This document shows, piece by piece, positions 26,901 to 36,451 of a stretch of DNA of 64,000 bases (the stretch's first letter is position 1; the number at the start of each line of letters is the position of its first letter). Source of the DNA: Octopus bimaculoides (lineage: Eukaryota); contig NC_068988.1 in NCBI RefSeq assembly GCF_001194135.2, positions 53,212,124 through 53,276,123 of the forward strand, given 5' to 3'. Under the pieces are notes generated by a model. That model was not told the DNA's origin and ran no database searches. It saw nothing but the letters and a program-made list of their open reading frames with translations. The translations under genes were made by a program, and so were the position numbers.

Positions 26901-29185
26901 TGTGTGATGGATTGTGGAGAACCATATGAGTATCATCATCCCTTTCACCAGAAATGAAGAAAAGGATTGAGTGTGGCACCATCACTCTCTTCGCAAAGAG
27001 CAACTGCTATGCTTCTGGTCCCATCCAGCCAAATTCACCGATGTACAGTACAGCAAGGAACGAACTAAAGAAGTGCATCTAAGACTACATCTATCCAATG
27101 TCCATATGTCTATCCAATAATTACATCTATCCAATCAACCTTTTATATTTGTAAATGATAAGTTATAGTTTGAAGGAGACTTGGCTGCTATTTCTAGCTA
27201 CAGTGAGCACATAAAATCTTCCTCATTGACTCAGTTGTTTTTATAGTGGAAACATTTTCTGTCATTTTATCACTTCTTTTCATACTATTGACATTTTGTC
27301 TTGTCTCTTTTTCTTTTTTTCATCCCTATATTGGCACCACAAAGATGTCAGATTGTCTGAGACATGCAACAGGTCGATCTTTGGTCATTGTTGATGAATT
27401 TGGTAAAGGAACAGAATCGGTAAGTCTAACTTCATCTCTGCTAAATGTAGTGCAAAGTATGAAGTCTTTATAATATTAGTCATTCTAGCTAGCCTGAATA
27501 TTAGTGAGTCATTTAATTAATTAGTTAGTTAATTGGTTGGTTAGTCGTTGTCGTTGTCATCATCATCATCATCATTGTCATCATTGTTGTTGATTAACCT
27601 CAGGTCAGTACTGACCTAGCAGACCTATAATCAAAAGCATCCCTACCATGACCATCTCATCTTTCATTTTTACAATCTATGGAGAAATAGGTAGATTTGC
27701 CCTGTTTGTATGTCTACTGTTTAAGTTACATTTATGGAAATTGTTACCGCTTTGTAGCAATGGTTCATTACTGTATGTCAGTGGGAGCACTGTAAAATTT
27801 ACAAATGTTTTATTCGCTTACAGCATTGAGTACACATCCTTCCAAGGATCAGGACACATCATCAAGAAACTCATTCCAATATATTCTAGCTTTTCAAAGC
27901 AGCATGATGGCAGAATTGTTAGCATGCTATAGGCGCAGGAGTGGCTGCGTGGTAAGTAGCTTACTTACCAATCACATGGTTCCAGGTTCAGTCCTACTGC
28001 ATGGCATCTTGGGCAAGTGTCTTCTACTATAGCCTCAGGCTGACCAAAGCCTTGTGAGTGGATTTGGTAGATGGAAACTGGAAGGAGCCCGTAGTGTATA
28101 TATATATATACATGTGTGTGTGTATATGTTTGTGTGTCTGTGTCCCCCCCCCCCCNNNNNNNNNNNNNNNNNNNNNNNNNNNNNNNNNNNNNNNNNNNNN
28201 NNNNNAACATAACTTGACAACCGATGCTGGTAACTTAGTGTTTCGGCAAAAGAGACCGATAGAATAAGAACTAGGCTTATACAGAATAAGCTCTGGAGTC
28301 GATTTGCTTGACTAAAGGTGGTGCTCCTGCATGGCCGCAGTCAAATGACTGAAGCAAGTAAAAAGATTAAAAAAAAAGATGCCAGGCAAAAAGCTTAGCA
28401 GATTTTCATCTGTCTTTGTATTCTGAGTTCAAATTTCAATGTGGTTGACTTTGCTTTTCATCCTTTTAGAGTCAATAAAATAAGTACCAGTTGAGAACTG
28501 GAGTCAATGTAATCAACTTGCCCTGTCCCCAAATTTGCTGGCCTTGTGACATGAAATACAGTTGTTTCCACCAACAGGTTGATGGTTTGACATTGTTGTG
28601 TGCCAGTCTCCGTTACTGGCTCACCATGGAGAAATGCCCACATGTTTTGGTCAGTACCAACTTTCACGACATTATAGAACAGAAACTGCTACCTGCTTCA
28701 CCAACACTTGAATATCTGGTAAGGAATTCCTGTTTAATTTTAAATGTGAGTCATCAGTTTCGTTATAAAGAATATATAACATAGATGATTAAAATGTGAG
28801 ATCATCAGAGATGAACTCTTGAAATGGGTGCTCATATTTTTTGTCATCTTTCATATGATCTTTATATCCATACCCAATATTTTCTTAAAATGTAGACATT
28901 TTTAAAACTTTAAATTATTATTAACTTAAAACATTGGTTGAATAAGAATATATAAACTCCTGGCAAACTGAATCAATGACTCAGTTTCACATATATACAT
29001 AGATAAAGATAGTTATGGCCAGTCTATGGGGTTATCCCAGATTTTGCATCCATAAAACATTTAGCTTTTCAGCATCTCACGAAACCCAAGGTAACCCCAT
29101 AGACCAGCCATAACTATCTTTATCTAAATACTCTACTGCTCTATAACTTAGAGTCTGCTTCTCTTTTTGAGTTATGATATACTAA

Positions 29186-29225
<40 letters not shown>

Positions 29226-31443
29226 CACTGTTTCGTCTTCCTGTCATGTTTTCTGTTTGCCATTATTCCTCTGCATTACAAATTTAATTTGATTTAATTT
29301 AATTTGTTTCCGCGGGAAGAACTATTCTAACCATGTGTCCTGCCCTAATTCTTTGAAACGCTTAGTTTAGAATAGGGGCAGCTGATGAAGGAAATATTCT
29401 CTATGTGGCCTGTTTGTTTTCTGTGCTCTGTTATGTTCTGTTTTTCATTTTGTCCACGTTTTTTTTGTGACGTCCTGTACCCAAATATGCATCTATATAT
29501 ACATGTAGATGTAGGTTTGTACATACATGTACATATATATGCATATACTCACATATTATTTGTATTATATATTTATATATATATATATATATAATCACAC
29601 GCTAACATGCACACACATACACACACTGTTGCATCCTGGATGTTCTGCTTAATCAAGGGCTAAAGGGCCAAGAATACATGAATGTCTGCTCACAACTGCA
29701 TAGACACCTAAAAACCATTAGTATAAGCATGGTATATTTTACCAAGTCATACTCACTCACACACTACACAGCTAGTTATACTTGTATCTTGTTGTACTTG
29801 GAATATGCTTCTGTATTCAGAATGCTGTTAGATTCAAATATTTAAAATGACAACTTGACTTTCATTGTCATTGGACATTTCTGTTAACAGACAATGGAGA
29901 CCTTGTGCAATAAAGACGAAGTTGTCTTCCTCTACCAAATCACCAAAGGTTTCTCTGACTGTAGCTTCGCCAATGAAACAGCATTGCAAGCTGGATTACC
30001 TGTGGAAATTGTGGAGCGTGGCAAAATGGTAAGTTCGTATATTTCTGTGATAATTGATCATAGGGTATTTATATTAGTGCTCAGATAATGATTACCTCAC
30101 TTGCATGGTGGTATGCATTCACAGATATATTTAAATATGTGGATAGTTTGTCGTGATATCTGTTGTATTTTGGTACCCTGCCTCAAATGTATTTGTGATT
30201 GAATGAATGGGTTGTCATAGTCATCATTTCCACCACTGCCGTTGTCATTGTTGTTTTAACATCCACTTTCCCATGCCTGCATGGATCAGATGGAGTTTAT
30301 TGAGTCAGATTTTCTACAGCTGGTTGCCTTTCCTGTTACCAACCCTTACCTGTTTCCAAGTAAATTAATATTTTCCAATGGCCAGACATGTTTTCACAGA
30401 ATATTGGAAATGAATGACACTGCTTGTATGGCAGTGACATTCATTTACAACTCATGCAGTGTCAAAGCAAGGCGACATTAGCACACACACACACACACAA
30501 ACACACATTATGTGTATATGTGTGCATGTATATATACATGTGTATGTCATCATCATCATTTAATGTCTACTTTCCATGCTGGCATGGGTTGGACGGTTTG
30601 ATTGAGGACTGGCAAGCCCAGAGGGTGTACCAGGCTCCAATCTGATCTTTCAAGGTTTCTACAGCTGGGTGCCCTTCCTAACGCCAACCACTCCGAGAGT
30701 GCAGTGAGTGCTTTTTATGTGCCACTGGCATGGGCCAGTTGTGTGGCATTGGCATTGACCACGTTCGGATGGTACTTTTATGTGTCACCAGCACAGGAGC
30801 CAGTCAGGTGGCACTGGTAACAACCATGCTCGGATGATGCTTTTTATGTGCCTATATATATATATATCTTTACATGTATATATATGATGAACTTCTTTCA
30901 GTATATATCTACCAAATCCACTTAAAAGGTTTTAGGTGGCCTGACCAAGGTGCCATCCATTGGAACTGAACCTGATCATGTGATTGGCAGTAAACTTCTT
31001 AACCACACATCCACATCTATGCCTCAGTCATGCTTGTAAATATATATATATATATATATATAGTGCGTAGGAGTGGCTGTGTGGTAAGTAGCTTGCTAAT
31101 GAACCACATGGTTCCAGGTTCAGTTCCACTGCGTGGAACCTTGGGCAAGTATCTTCTATAGCCCCAGGCCGACCAAAGCCGTGTGAGTGGATTTGGTAGA
31201 CGGAAACTGAAAGAAGCTCATCGTATATATATGTATGTATGTGTGTCTGTGTTTGTCCCCCCAACATCGCTAGACAACCGATGCTGGTGTGTTTACATCC
31301 CCATAACTTAGCGGTTCGGCAAAAGAGACCGATAGAATAAGTACTAGTACTAGGCTTACAAAGAATAAGTCCTGGAGTCGATTTGCTCGAGTAAAGGCGG
31401 TGCTCCAGCATGGCCACAGTCAAATGACTGAAACAGGTAAAAG

Positions 31444-31475
<32 letters not shown>

Positions 31476-34400
31476 NNNNNNNNNNNNNNNNNNNNNNNNN
31501 NNNNNNNNNNNNNNNNNNNNNNNNNNNNNNNNNNNNNNNNNNNNNNNNNNNNNNNNNNNNNNNNNNNNNNNNNNNNNNNNNNNNNNNNNNNNNNNNNNNN
31601 NNNNNNNNNNNNNNNNNNNNNNNNNNNNNNNNNNNNNNNNNNNNNNNNNNNNNNNNNNNNNNNNNNNNNNNNNNNNNNNNNNNNNNNNNNNNNNNNNNNN
31701 NNNNNNNNNNNNNNNNNNNNNNNNNNNNNNNNNNNNNNNNNNNNNNNNNNNNNNNNNNNNNNNNNNNNNNNNNNNNNNNNNNNNNNNNNNNNNNNNNNNN
31801 NNNNNNNNNNNNNNNNNNNGTCAGTGCCCCTGGACTAGCTCTTGTGCGGGTGGCACATAAAATACACCATTTTGAGCATGGCCGTTGCCAGTACCGCCTG
31901 ACTGGCCTTCGTGCTGGTGGCACGTAAAAGCACCCACTACACTCTCGGAGTGGTTGGCGTTTTAGGAAGGGCATCCAGCAGTAGAAACCATGCCAAATCA
32001 GATTGGAGCCTGGTGTAGCCATCTGGTTTCACCAGTCCTCAGTCAAATCGTCCAACCCATGCTAGCATGGAAAGCGGACGTTAAACGATGAAGATGATGA
32101 TGATAATGGTATAAGGAAATAGAATTGTTTAAATAATAATTTATTTTGGAATGTCATCCATGAGAAAAATAATAGCTAAGTTGGTATCAATATACATAAT
32201 GCAGGGAATATTTAAAAGACTTTATTCTGTCATCATTTTTGGTAAATTAAGCTCAATAAAATCCCATGACATCTTAGAGGACTTAATCTTTCATATTTAC
32301 TTCACCTTTCTCAAGATTTCCAAGTTAATTCAAGAGAACAAACCAATATATAACATTGATACTGCAAAGCAAGACTTAAAGTTTAAATGGTATGTTTCAA
32401 AAACTTATTTTTATCATTTATAGCTGTGGTTCTCAACCATTTTTTGTCTGTGGGTACCATGGATTGATATTCTACTTTACTGGACCTCCATAGCCATTTA
32501 TGGCACCTGTGCCCAGTGTTGCCTTTCTGGCACTTGTGCCCGCGGCATGTGTAAGGACTTTTGAGTGAGATCGTTGCCAGTGCCCCTGGACTGGCCCTTG
32601 TGCAGGTGGCACGTAAGATACACCATTTCGAGCATGGCCGTTGCTAGTTCCTCCTGATTGGCCTTCGTGCCGGTGGCACATAAAAGCACCCACTACACTC
32701 TCGGAGTGGTTGGCGTTAGGAAGGGCATCTAGCTGTAGAAACTCTGCCAGATCAGATTGGAGTCTGGTGCAGCCTTCTGGCTTGCCAGTCCTCAGTCAAA
32801 TCGTCCAGCCCATGCCAGCATGGAAAGCGGACGTTAAACGATGATGATGATGATGATGATTAAAGAATTTAAAACATATTGTGTATTGTAGAAATATAAG
32901 TAATTTATTACACATAAATTTTAACAACAAAATCTTTTATAGGGACCCCGGTTGAAGACCGCTGACTTATAGCTTGAATAAGGTGGTAAGCTGGCAGAAT
33001 CATTAGCATGCTGGACAAAGCACTTAGCTGCATTTCTTCCAGATTTTCAGCTTTATATTCTAAGTTCAAGTTCCACCAATGTTGACTTTGCCTTTTATTC
33101 TTTCAGGGTCAAAAAAAAACAAGTGCCAGTTGAGCACAGGAGTCAGTGTCATCAACTTACCCCATCCCCTCAAAATTGCTGGCCCTGTGCCAAAGTTAGA
33201 AATAATTATTTATTGTCTCAATGGTGATGAATTGGCAGAATTTTTAGAGAAAATGCTGCGTGTTATTTCTTTCAGTCCTTTATGTTCTGAGTTCAAATTC
33301 TGGTGAAATTTGTCAATTTTCCTGATTTTTCATTAGAATACTCTTTTTACTCTTTTACTTGTTTCAGTCATTTGAATATGACCATGCTGGAGCACCACCT
33401 TTAGTCGAGCAAATCGACCCCAGAACTTTTTCTTTGGAAGCCTAGTACTTATTCTATCGGTCTCTTTTACCGAACCGCTAAGTTACGGAGATGTAAACAC
33501 ACCAGCATTGGTTGTCAAGCGATGTTGGGGGGGAAAAAGCAGACATGCAAACATATACACATACATACAAACATATATACATATATACGACGGGCTTCTT
33601 TCAGTTTCCATCTACCATATCCACTCACAAGGCTTTGGTTGGCCCGAGGCTATAGTAGAAGACACTTGCCCAAGGTGCCACGCAGTGGGACTGAACCCAG
33701 AGACATGTGGTTGGTAAGCAAGCTACTTACCACACAGCCATTCCTACGCCTATGAATGTAACCTATCAATCGTAGTTTCTTCTCACATAGGTCATGGAAA
33801 CCCTGCATAAGGGGTCATGAGTATTGTTATTATTTAACATAATACTTCACGCACAAGCAGCATATAATCTACCCTTCACTCTGAGAGAGAATCCCTTTAC
33901 TGGAAGAATTAATAGCTCTTTGAACTTTTCAACCTGTTCTAACTGTGACTGCTGTCATATAGCCATCTTATGTGTATTATACTTAATGAAAACACATCGT
34001 TAATAGGCAAATTTGCTATAGTATTTATCCAGAGATAACATCTCTTATAGACATGTTGCCTTTAAAGACACAATATACAGAGGAGATGGACAAAAATTGT
34101 CCTAGCAGCATCTAGTAAGAGTGTCAGATACATTTCAGCATCACTGGGCTTTGTCAGTGGTATGTACTCATAGCCAGTCACATGCTTAGATGAAATTTGT
34201 TGCCTCTGGTGTATAGGTAAGCAGTGAAAAACATTCACTGACATTGAAAATAACTGCCCCACTAAATAAAAATCTGTTATATGCAACAAAAGCATTATTA
34301 AATTAAAATAGCCATCTTTATACTCAGTATATGTCCATAAGAGATGTTATGTCTTGACAAATACCACAGACAATTTGCCTTTCAATGATGTATTTACATT

Positions 34401-34599
34401 AAGTATGATACATTGGTGACTATTTTAATCTAACACTGCTTCCATATTCTAATTCTTATGTTTCTTTTGTTGCAGGTGCCAGTTGTTGGTTGAGCGTTTC
34501 TTAAAACTTGATCTTTCATCTGAGAACTTACAAGCCTTCCTTGAAGATATAAAATTATCACACAACAAGATCAACAAGTTGTCTGCCCAGAAAGCCTGA
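714..34599 (+). CDS. MSH5: MutS protein homolog 5, 5'-partial multi-exon gene (21 exons in window)
   Basis: The spliced translation matches MSH5 along its length: [28 protein letters not shown], Walker [24 protein letters not shown], Walker [21 protein letters not shown]. All junctions are GT-AG with consistent phases. Confidence 0.96.
1030..1087. repeat. (CG)n(CA)n microsatellite
   Basis: direct reading. Confidence 0.95.
1087..1640 (-). mobile_element. Tc1/mariner (mariner-type) transposase remnant with one terminal repeat
   Basis: ORF 1306-1665 has HQDNARPQ and [13 protein letters not shown] (second and third catalytic D motifs). The C-terminus continues frameshifted to ~1165. TA+TTGGGTCATCCCATAAATAATG at 1087-1110 looks like a mariner TIR. 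Confidence 0.85.
1891..1976 (+). CDS. MSH5: MSH5 exon, 86 nt ([29 protein letters not shown])
   Basis: tttcAG/GTAAAT; matches the MSH5 LQIF..E.HPSVYK...KEG.SLFG motif. Confidence 0.93.
2008..2062. repeat. (GTT)n/(GCT)n microsatellite
   Basis: direct reading. Confidence 0.95.
3366..3411 (+). CDS. MSH5: MSH5 exon, 46 nt ([15 protein letters not shown])
   Basis: ttttcAG/GTAAAC; MutS core motif. Confidence 0.92.
3500..3727. mobile_element. piggyBac-like MITE
   Basis: TTAA-CCCTT...AATGCTAAAGGG-TTAA termini; second copy at 15298-15529. Confidence 0.65.
4411..4549 (+). CDS. MSH5: MSH5 exon, 139 nt ([23 protein letters not shown]...HIRSIS)
   Basis: tttcaAG/GTAGGT; open frame, MutS domain III-like. 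Confidence 0.92.
5287..5349 (+). CDS. MSH5: MSH5 exon, 63 nt ([21 protein letters not shown])
   Basis: aacAG/GTAAAA; IL.RM......DWQ.LYK motif. Confidence 0.92.
6083..6262 (+). mobile_element. SINE family A
   Basis: same consensus as 190-440. Confidence 0.75.
6283..6706 (+). mobile_element. RTE 3'-UTR fragment (family C)
   Basis: starts at GAGAAGACCCGGCAAGCCAAGTGA (last ORF codons of the 20818 element); ends CGGACGTTAAAC(GAT)n. Confidence 0.85.
7684..7755 (+). CDS. MSH5: MSH5 exon, 72 nt ([24 protein letters not shown])
   Basis: ctcttgacAG/GTAAAC; phase 0/0. Confidence 0.88.
7925..8790 (+). mobile_element. two family C fragments separated by a SINE B head
   Basis: consensus matches at ~7925-8320 and ~8490-8790. 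Confidence 0.75.
9003..9059 (+). CDS. MSH5: MSH5 exon, 57 nt ([19 protein letters not shown])
   Basis: ttttAG/GTAAGT; F..DLH.IA.LI.K motif. Confidence 0.9.
10206..10278 (+). CDS. MSH5: MSH5 exon, 73 nt ([24 protein letters not shown])
   Basis: tttttAG/GTAAGG; VDF..S...NRF.V motif. Confidence 0.92.
11022..11402 (-). mobile_element. RLE-type (R4/Dong-like) non-LTR retrotransposon 3' fragment
   Basis: PD.VLIEK...IIDIACLAD...KVERY...[10 protein letters not shown]...[16 protein letters not shown]. Confidence 0.85.
11423..12330 (+). mobile_element. four tandem SINE family A copies separated by (ATT)n-like tracts
   Basis: GCAGAATC heads at ~11436, ~11714, ~11952 and ~12139. Confidence 0.75.
13235..13587 (-). 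mobile_element. tRNA-headed SINE family B (CORE-like CCTTGGGCAAGT)
   Basis: reverse-complement consensus, internal (TA/CA)n tract. Confidence 0.75.
14439..14548 (+). CDS. MSH5: MSH5 exon, 110 nt ([20 protein letters not shown]...VYLPQ)
   Basis: cttcAG/GTTGGT; GLPSF.TEVA..EL motif. Confidence 0.93.
15298..15529. mobile_element. piggyBac-like MITE, second copy
   Basis: AACCCTTTAGCATT start; shares CTCTCACACCTACCCTACAA with 3500-3727. Confidence 0.6.
15751..15831 (+). CDS. MSH5: MSH5 exon, 81 nt ([27 protein letters not shown])
   Basis: tgtacAG/GTAAGT. Confidence 0.9.
15855..16312 (-). mobile_element. two tandem SINE family A copies
   Basis: reverse-complement consensus; (TAA)n spacer. Confidence 0.75.
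16420..16683 (+). mobile_element. family C fragment
   Basis: consensus match. Confidence 0.8.
17258..17303 (+). CDS. MSH5: MSH5 exon, 46 nt ([15 protein letters not shown])
   Basis: ttacAG/GTGAGT; FLS....HY.S..T motif. Confidence 0.88.
17780..17821 (+). CDS. MSH5: MSH5 exon, 42 nt ([15 protein letters not shown])
   Basis: ttttcAG/GTAAGG; LD..LGD..CEI.D motif. Confidence 0.88.
18745..19072 (-). mobile_element. SINE family B, degenerate
   Basis: reverse-complement consensus. Confidence 0.65.
19315..19411 (+). CDS. MSH5: MSH5 exon, 97 nt ([18 protein letters not shown]...AAELDC)
   Basis: ttacAG/GTGAGT. Confidence 0.92.
19609..20000 (+). mobile_element. SINE family B, full length
   Basis: GTGGCTGTGTGGTAAG head, GGTTCAGTCCC B-box, tail GACTGAAACAAGTAAAAGAG. 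Confidence 0.8.
20818..21830 (+). mobile_element. 5'-truncated RTE-clade LINE (RT C-terminus plus 3' UTR)
   Basis: ORF 20853-21170 has ...[14 protein letters not shown]...[13 protein letters not shown]...DRDLWK, followed by a repeat-containing UTR and a GAT-rich tail. Confidence 0.9.
22044..22450 (-). mobile_element. CR1/L2-group LINE RT C-terminal remnant
   Basis: RLGP...TLLRQNYF...[10 protein letters not shown]...[16 protein letters not shown]...NNISLLKW. Confidence 0.65.
22664..22753 (+). CDS. MSH5: MSH5 exon, 90 nt ([30 protein letters not shown])
   Basis: gagcAG/GTAGGT; phases 2/2 bridge the neighbouring exons. Confidence 0.88.
22840..23137. mobile_element. Penelope-like terminal repeat as an inverted pair (~135-bp arms, TAA-repeat loop)
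   Basis: The arms are reverse complements; each holds a C(T/C)GATG(A/G)A...CCGAAACG motif typical of PLE termini. Confidence 0.65.
23956..24082 (+). CDS. MSH5: MSH5 exon, 127 nt, Walker A ([15 protein letters not shown]...[14 protein letters not shown])
   Basis: accAG/GTGAGA; MutS ATPase P-loop. Confidence 0.96.
25910..26062 (+). CDS. MSH5: MSH5 exon, 153 nt ([17 protein letters not shown]...DRIFTRI...[11 protein letters not shown])
   Basis: ttatAG/GTGAGT; MutS signature motifs. Confidence 0.96.
27345..27419 (+). CDS. MSH5: MSH5 exon, 75 nt, Walker B ([25 protein letters not shown])
   Basis: caaAG/GTAAGT; DEFGKGT is typical of MSH5. Confidence 0.95.
27932..28366 (+). mobile_element. SINE family B, spans a gap
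   Basis: consensus match. Confidence 0.75.
28380..28555 (+). mobile_element. SINE family A ending ~20 nt before an MSH5 acceptor
   Basis: consensus match. Confidence 0.7.
28578..28718 (+). CDS. MSH5: MSH5 exon, 141 nt ([15 protein letters not shown]...[11 protein letters not shown]...LEYL)
   Basis: caacAG/GTAAGG. Confidence 0.94.
29190..29223. repeat. (TA)n microsatellite
   Basis: direct reading. Confidence 0.95.
29891..30028 (+). CDS. MSH5: MSH5 exon, 138 nt ([17 protein letters not shown]...[14 protein letters not shown])
   Basis: taacAG/GTAAGT; C-terminal helix-turn-helix region. Confidence 0.94.
30545..30850 (-). mobile_element. family C fragment
   Basis: reverse-complement consensus. 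Confidence 0.75.
31066..31447 (+). mobile_element. SINE family B, full length
   Basis: consensus match. Confidence 0.8.
31820..32105 (+). mobile_element. family C fragment
   Basis: consensus match. Confidence 0.8.
32316..32389 (+). CDS. MSH5: MSH5 exon, 74 nt ([25 protein letters not shown])
   Basis: tttctcaAG/GTATGT; phase fits the last exon. Confidence 0.85.
32424..32964. mobile_element. hAT/Charlie-like MITE interrupted by a family C insertion (~32500-32858)
   Basis: termini CTGTGGTTCTCAACC and GGTTGAAGACCGCTG. Confidence 0.55.
32983..33300 (+). mobile_element. SINE family A, one full and one partial copy
   Basis: consensus match. Confidence 0.65.
33343..33752 (-). mobile_element. SINE family B, full length
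   Basis: reverse-complement consensus. Confidence 0.8.
33971..34414. repeat. imperfect inverted repeat, ~85-bp arms
   Basis: 33971-34054 versus the reverse complement of 34331-34414. Confidence 0.75.
34476..34599 (+). CDS. MSH5: MSH5 last coding exon, 124 nt ([22 protein letters not shown]...AQKA*)
   Basis: ttgttgcAG acceptor; CQ.LV..F.KLDL motif; TGA at 34597-34599. Confidence 0.9.
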
Positions 34600-35338
34600 G
34601 GCATCTTTGCCATTTATTGTGTTTATCTTGTTTTTGGTACCAGTTATTGTCTAACTCCATATTGGCCCTTACTGAGCAGTATCATGTGACCATGCTGCCT
34701 CTTTTTTCATGAATAGTTTATCTCAGACTTCATAAATCTTGTCTCATATTTTAAGACTAGAAAGGGAAGTTTGAACAGGGTTTCACTGCTATTTCTAGCG
34801 AGTTGCATGATCACTGAGAAATTTCCTATTGCTTTTGTTGTTGCTGTTAATTCATCTTCTTGATTTAGTTGTTGTTCTTCAAGATCCTTTATGATCTGCT
34901 AGAAATAGCAGTCAAATCCTTCTTATCATAAAAAAACATATAAGATAATGTGGTAAAAAAGATCAGATGGTCATTGTTGAAATACCTTTCAATGTAAGTC
35001 TACTCAATCAAGATAACAAAAGTGCTAAACAACAACAATATCATCATTATCTAAAGAGAAACTTGATTGTTATTTCTAATAGGTTGAGTGACTGTTTAGA
35101 AGCTCTCTCATTGGTTCAATTTTGACGGCAGCTGAATTGTTTTGGTTTCAGATATTTGTATTTATCAACAAGAAGAGGTGTGTGGTATCTGACTGGTTTA
35201 TGGGCTGTAAATATTGTAGCACATGACAGGTGACATGATATAGAATTTATCTTGACACTTAGGTCTGGTGGGAATTCTTTAATTCTCTTAAGTGTGTGTG
35301 CTAGATTTAATGTGTTACCCTGTTTAAATGTTTTCAAT

Positions 35339-35344
35339 AATAAA
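35339..35344 (+). promoter_or_regulatory. possible MSH5 polyadenylation signal AATAAA
   Basis: AATAAA ~740 nt downstream of the stop; AT-rich context, so it may be chance. Confidence 0.2.
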
Positions 35345-35499
35345 TATACATAGCATTTTAATGGCTATGAGGAAGCTATTAGATGTTGCACAAGTACTTA
35401 GCTTTGAATACCCTGCTTCTCATAGCAGAAACAGCTGTAAGCTAATGAAGTTGATTATGTAATACCTGTTCCTTTGCATTCGATAATTAATACATACAT

Positions 35500-35517
35500 A
35501 GATATATATATATACAT

Positions 35518-35566
<49 letters not shown>
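35500..35566. repeat. (TA)n microsatellite at a gap edge
   Basis: direct reading. Confidence 0.95.
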
Positions 35567-36287
35567 NNNNNNNNNNNNNNNNNNNNNNNNNNNNNNNNNN
35601 NNNNNNNNNNNNNNNNNNNNNNNNNNNNNNNNNNNNNNNNNNNNNNNNNNNNNNNNNNNNNNNNNNNNNNNNNNNNNNNNNNNNNNNNNNNNNNNNNNNN
35701 NNNNNNNNNNNNNNNNNNNNNNNNNNNNNNNNNNNNNNNNNNNNNNNNNNNNNNNNNNNNNNNNNNNNNNNNNNNNNNNNNNNNNNNNNNNNNNNNNNNN
35801 NNNNNNNNNNNNNNNNNNNNNNNNNNNNNNNNNNNNNNNNNNNNNNNNNNNNNNNNNNNNNNNNNNNNNNNNNNNNNNNNNNNNNNNNNNNNNNNNNNNN
35901 NNNNNNNNNNNNNNNNNNNNNNNNNNNNNNNNNNNNNNNNNNNNNNNNNNNNNNNNNNNNNNNNNNNNNNNNNNNNNNNNNNNNNNNNNNNNNNNNNNNN
36001 NNNNNNNNNNNNNNNNNNNNNNNNNNNNNNNNNNNNNNNNNNNNNNNNNNNNNNNNNNNNNNNNNNNNNNNNNNNNNNNNNNNNNNNNNNNNNNNNNNNN
36101 NNNNNNNNNNNNNNNNNNNNNNNNNNNNNNNNNNNNNNNNNNNNNNNNNNNNNNNNNNNNNNNNNNNNNNNNNNNNNNNNNNNNNNNNNNNNNNNNNNNN
36201 NNNNNNNNNNNNNNNNNNNNNNNNNNNNNNNNNNNNNNNNNNNNNNNNNNNNNNNNNNNNNNNNNNNNNNNNNNNNNNNNNNNNNAG

Positions 36288-36451
36288 GATTCCTTGCACG
36301 CTAGAAAGAACAGCTAATTTCCAAACCATTATATGGGATAAAACTTCGAAGGGAATGAAAAATAAATTTGTTTTTATTTTTCATTCCCTTTGAAGTTATA
36401 TCCCTAATAGTGGTTTGAATCTTAGCTGTTCTTTCTAGCATGCAAGGAATC
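36288..36451. repeat. near-perfect 164-bp palindrome
   Basis: ~79-bp arms, ~6-nt loop. Confidence 0.9.

Noticed and set aside
35474-36329. Long ORFs in the track here and at 31400-32022, 43815-44357, 48727-49651 and 62560-63349
   Set aside because: They consist almost entirely of N gaps.
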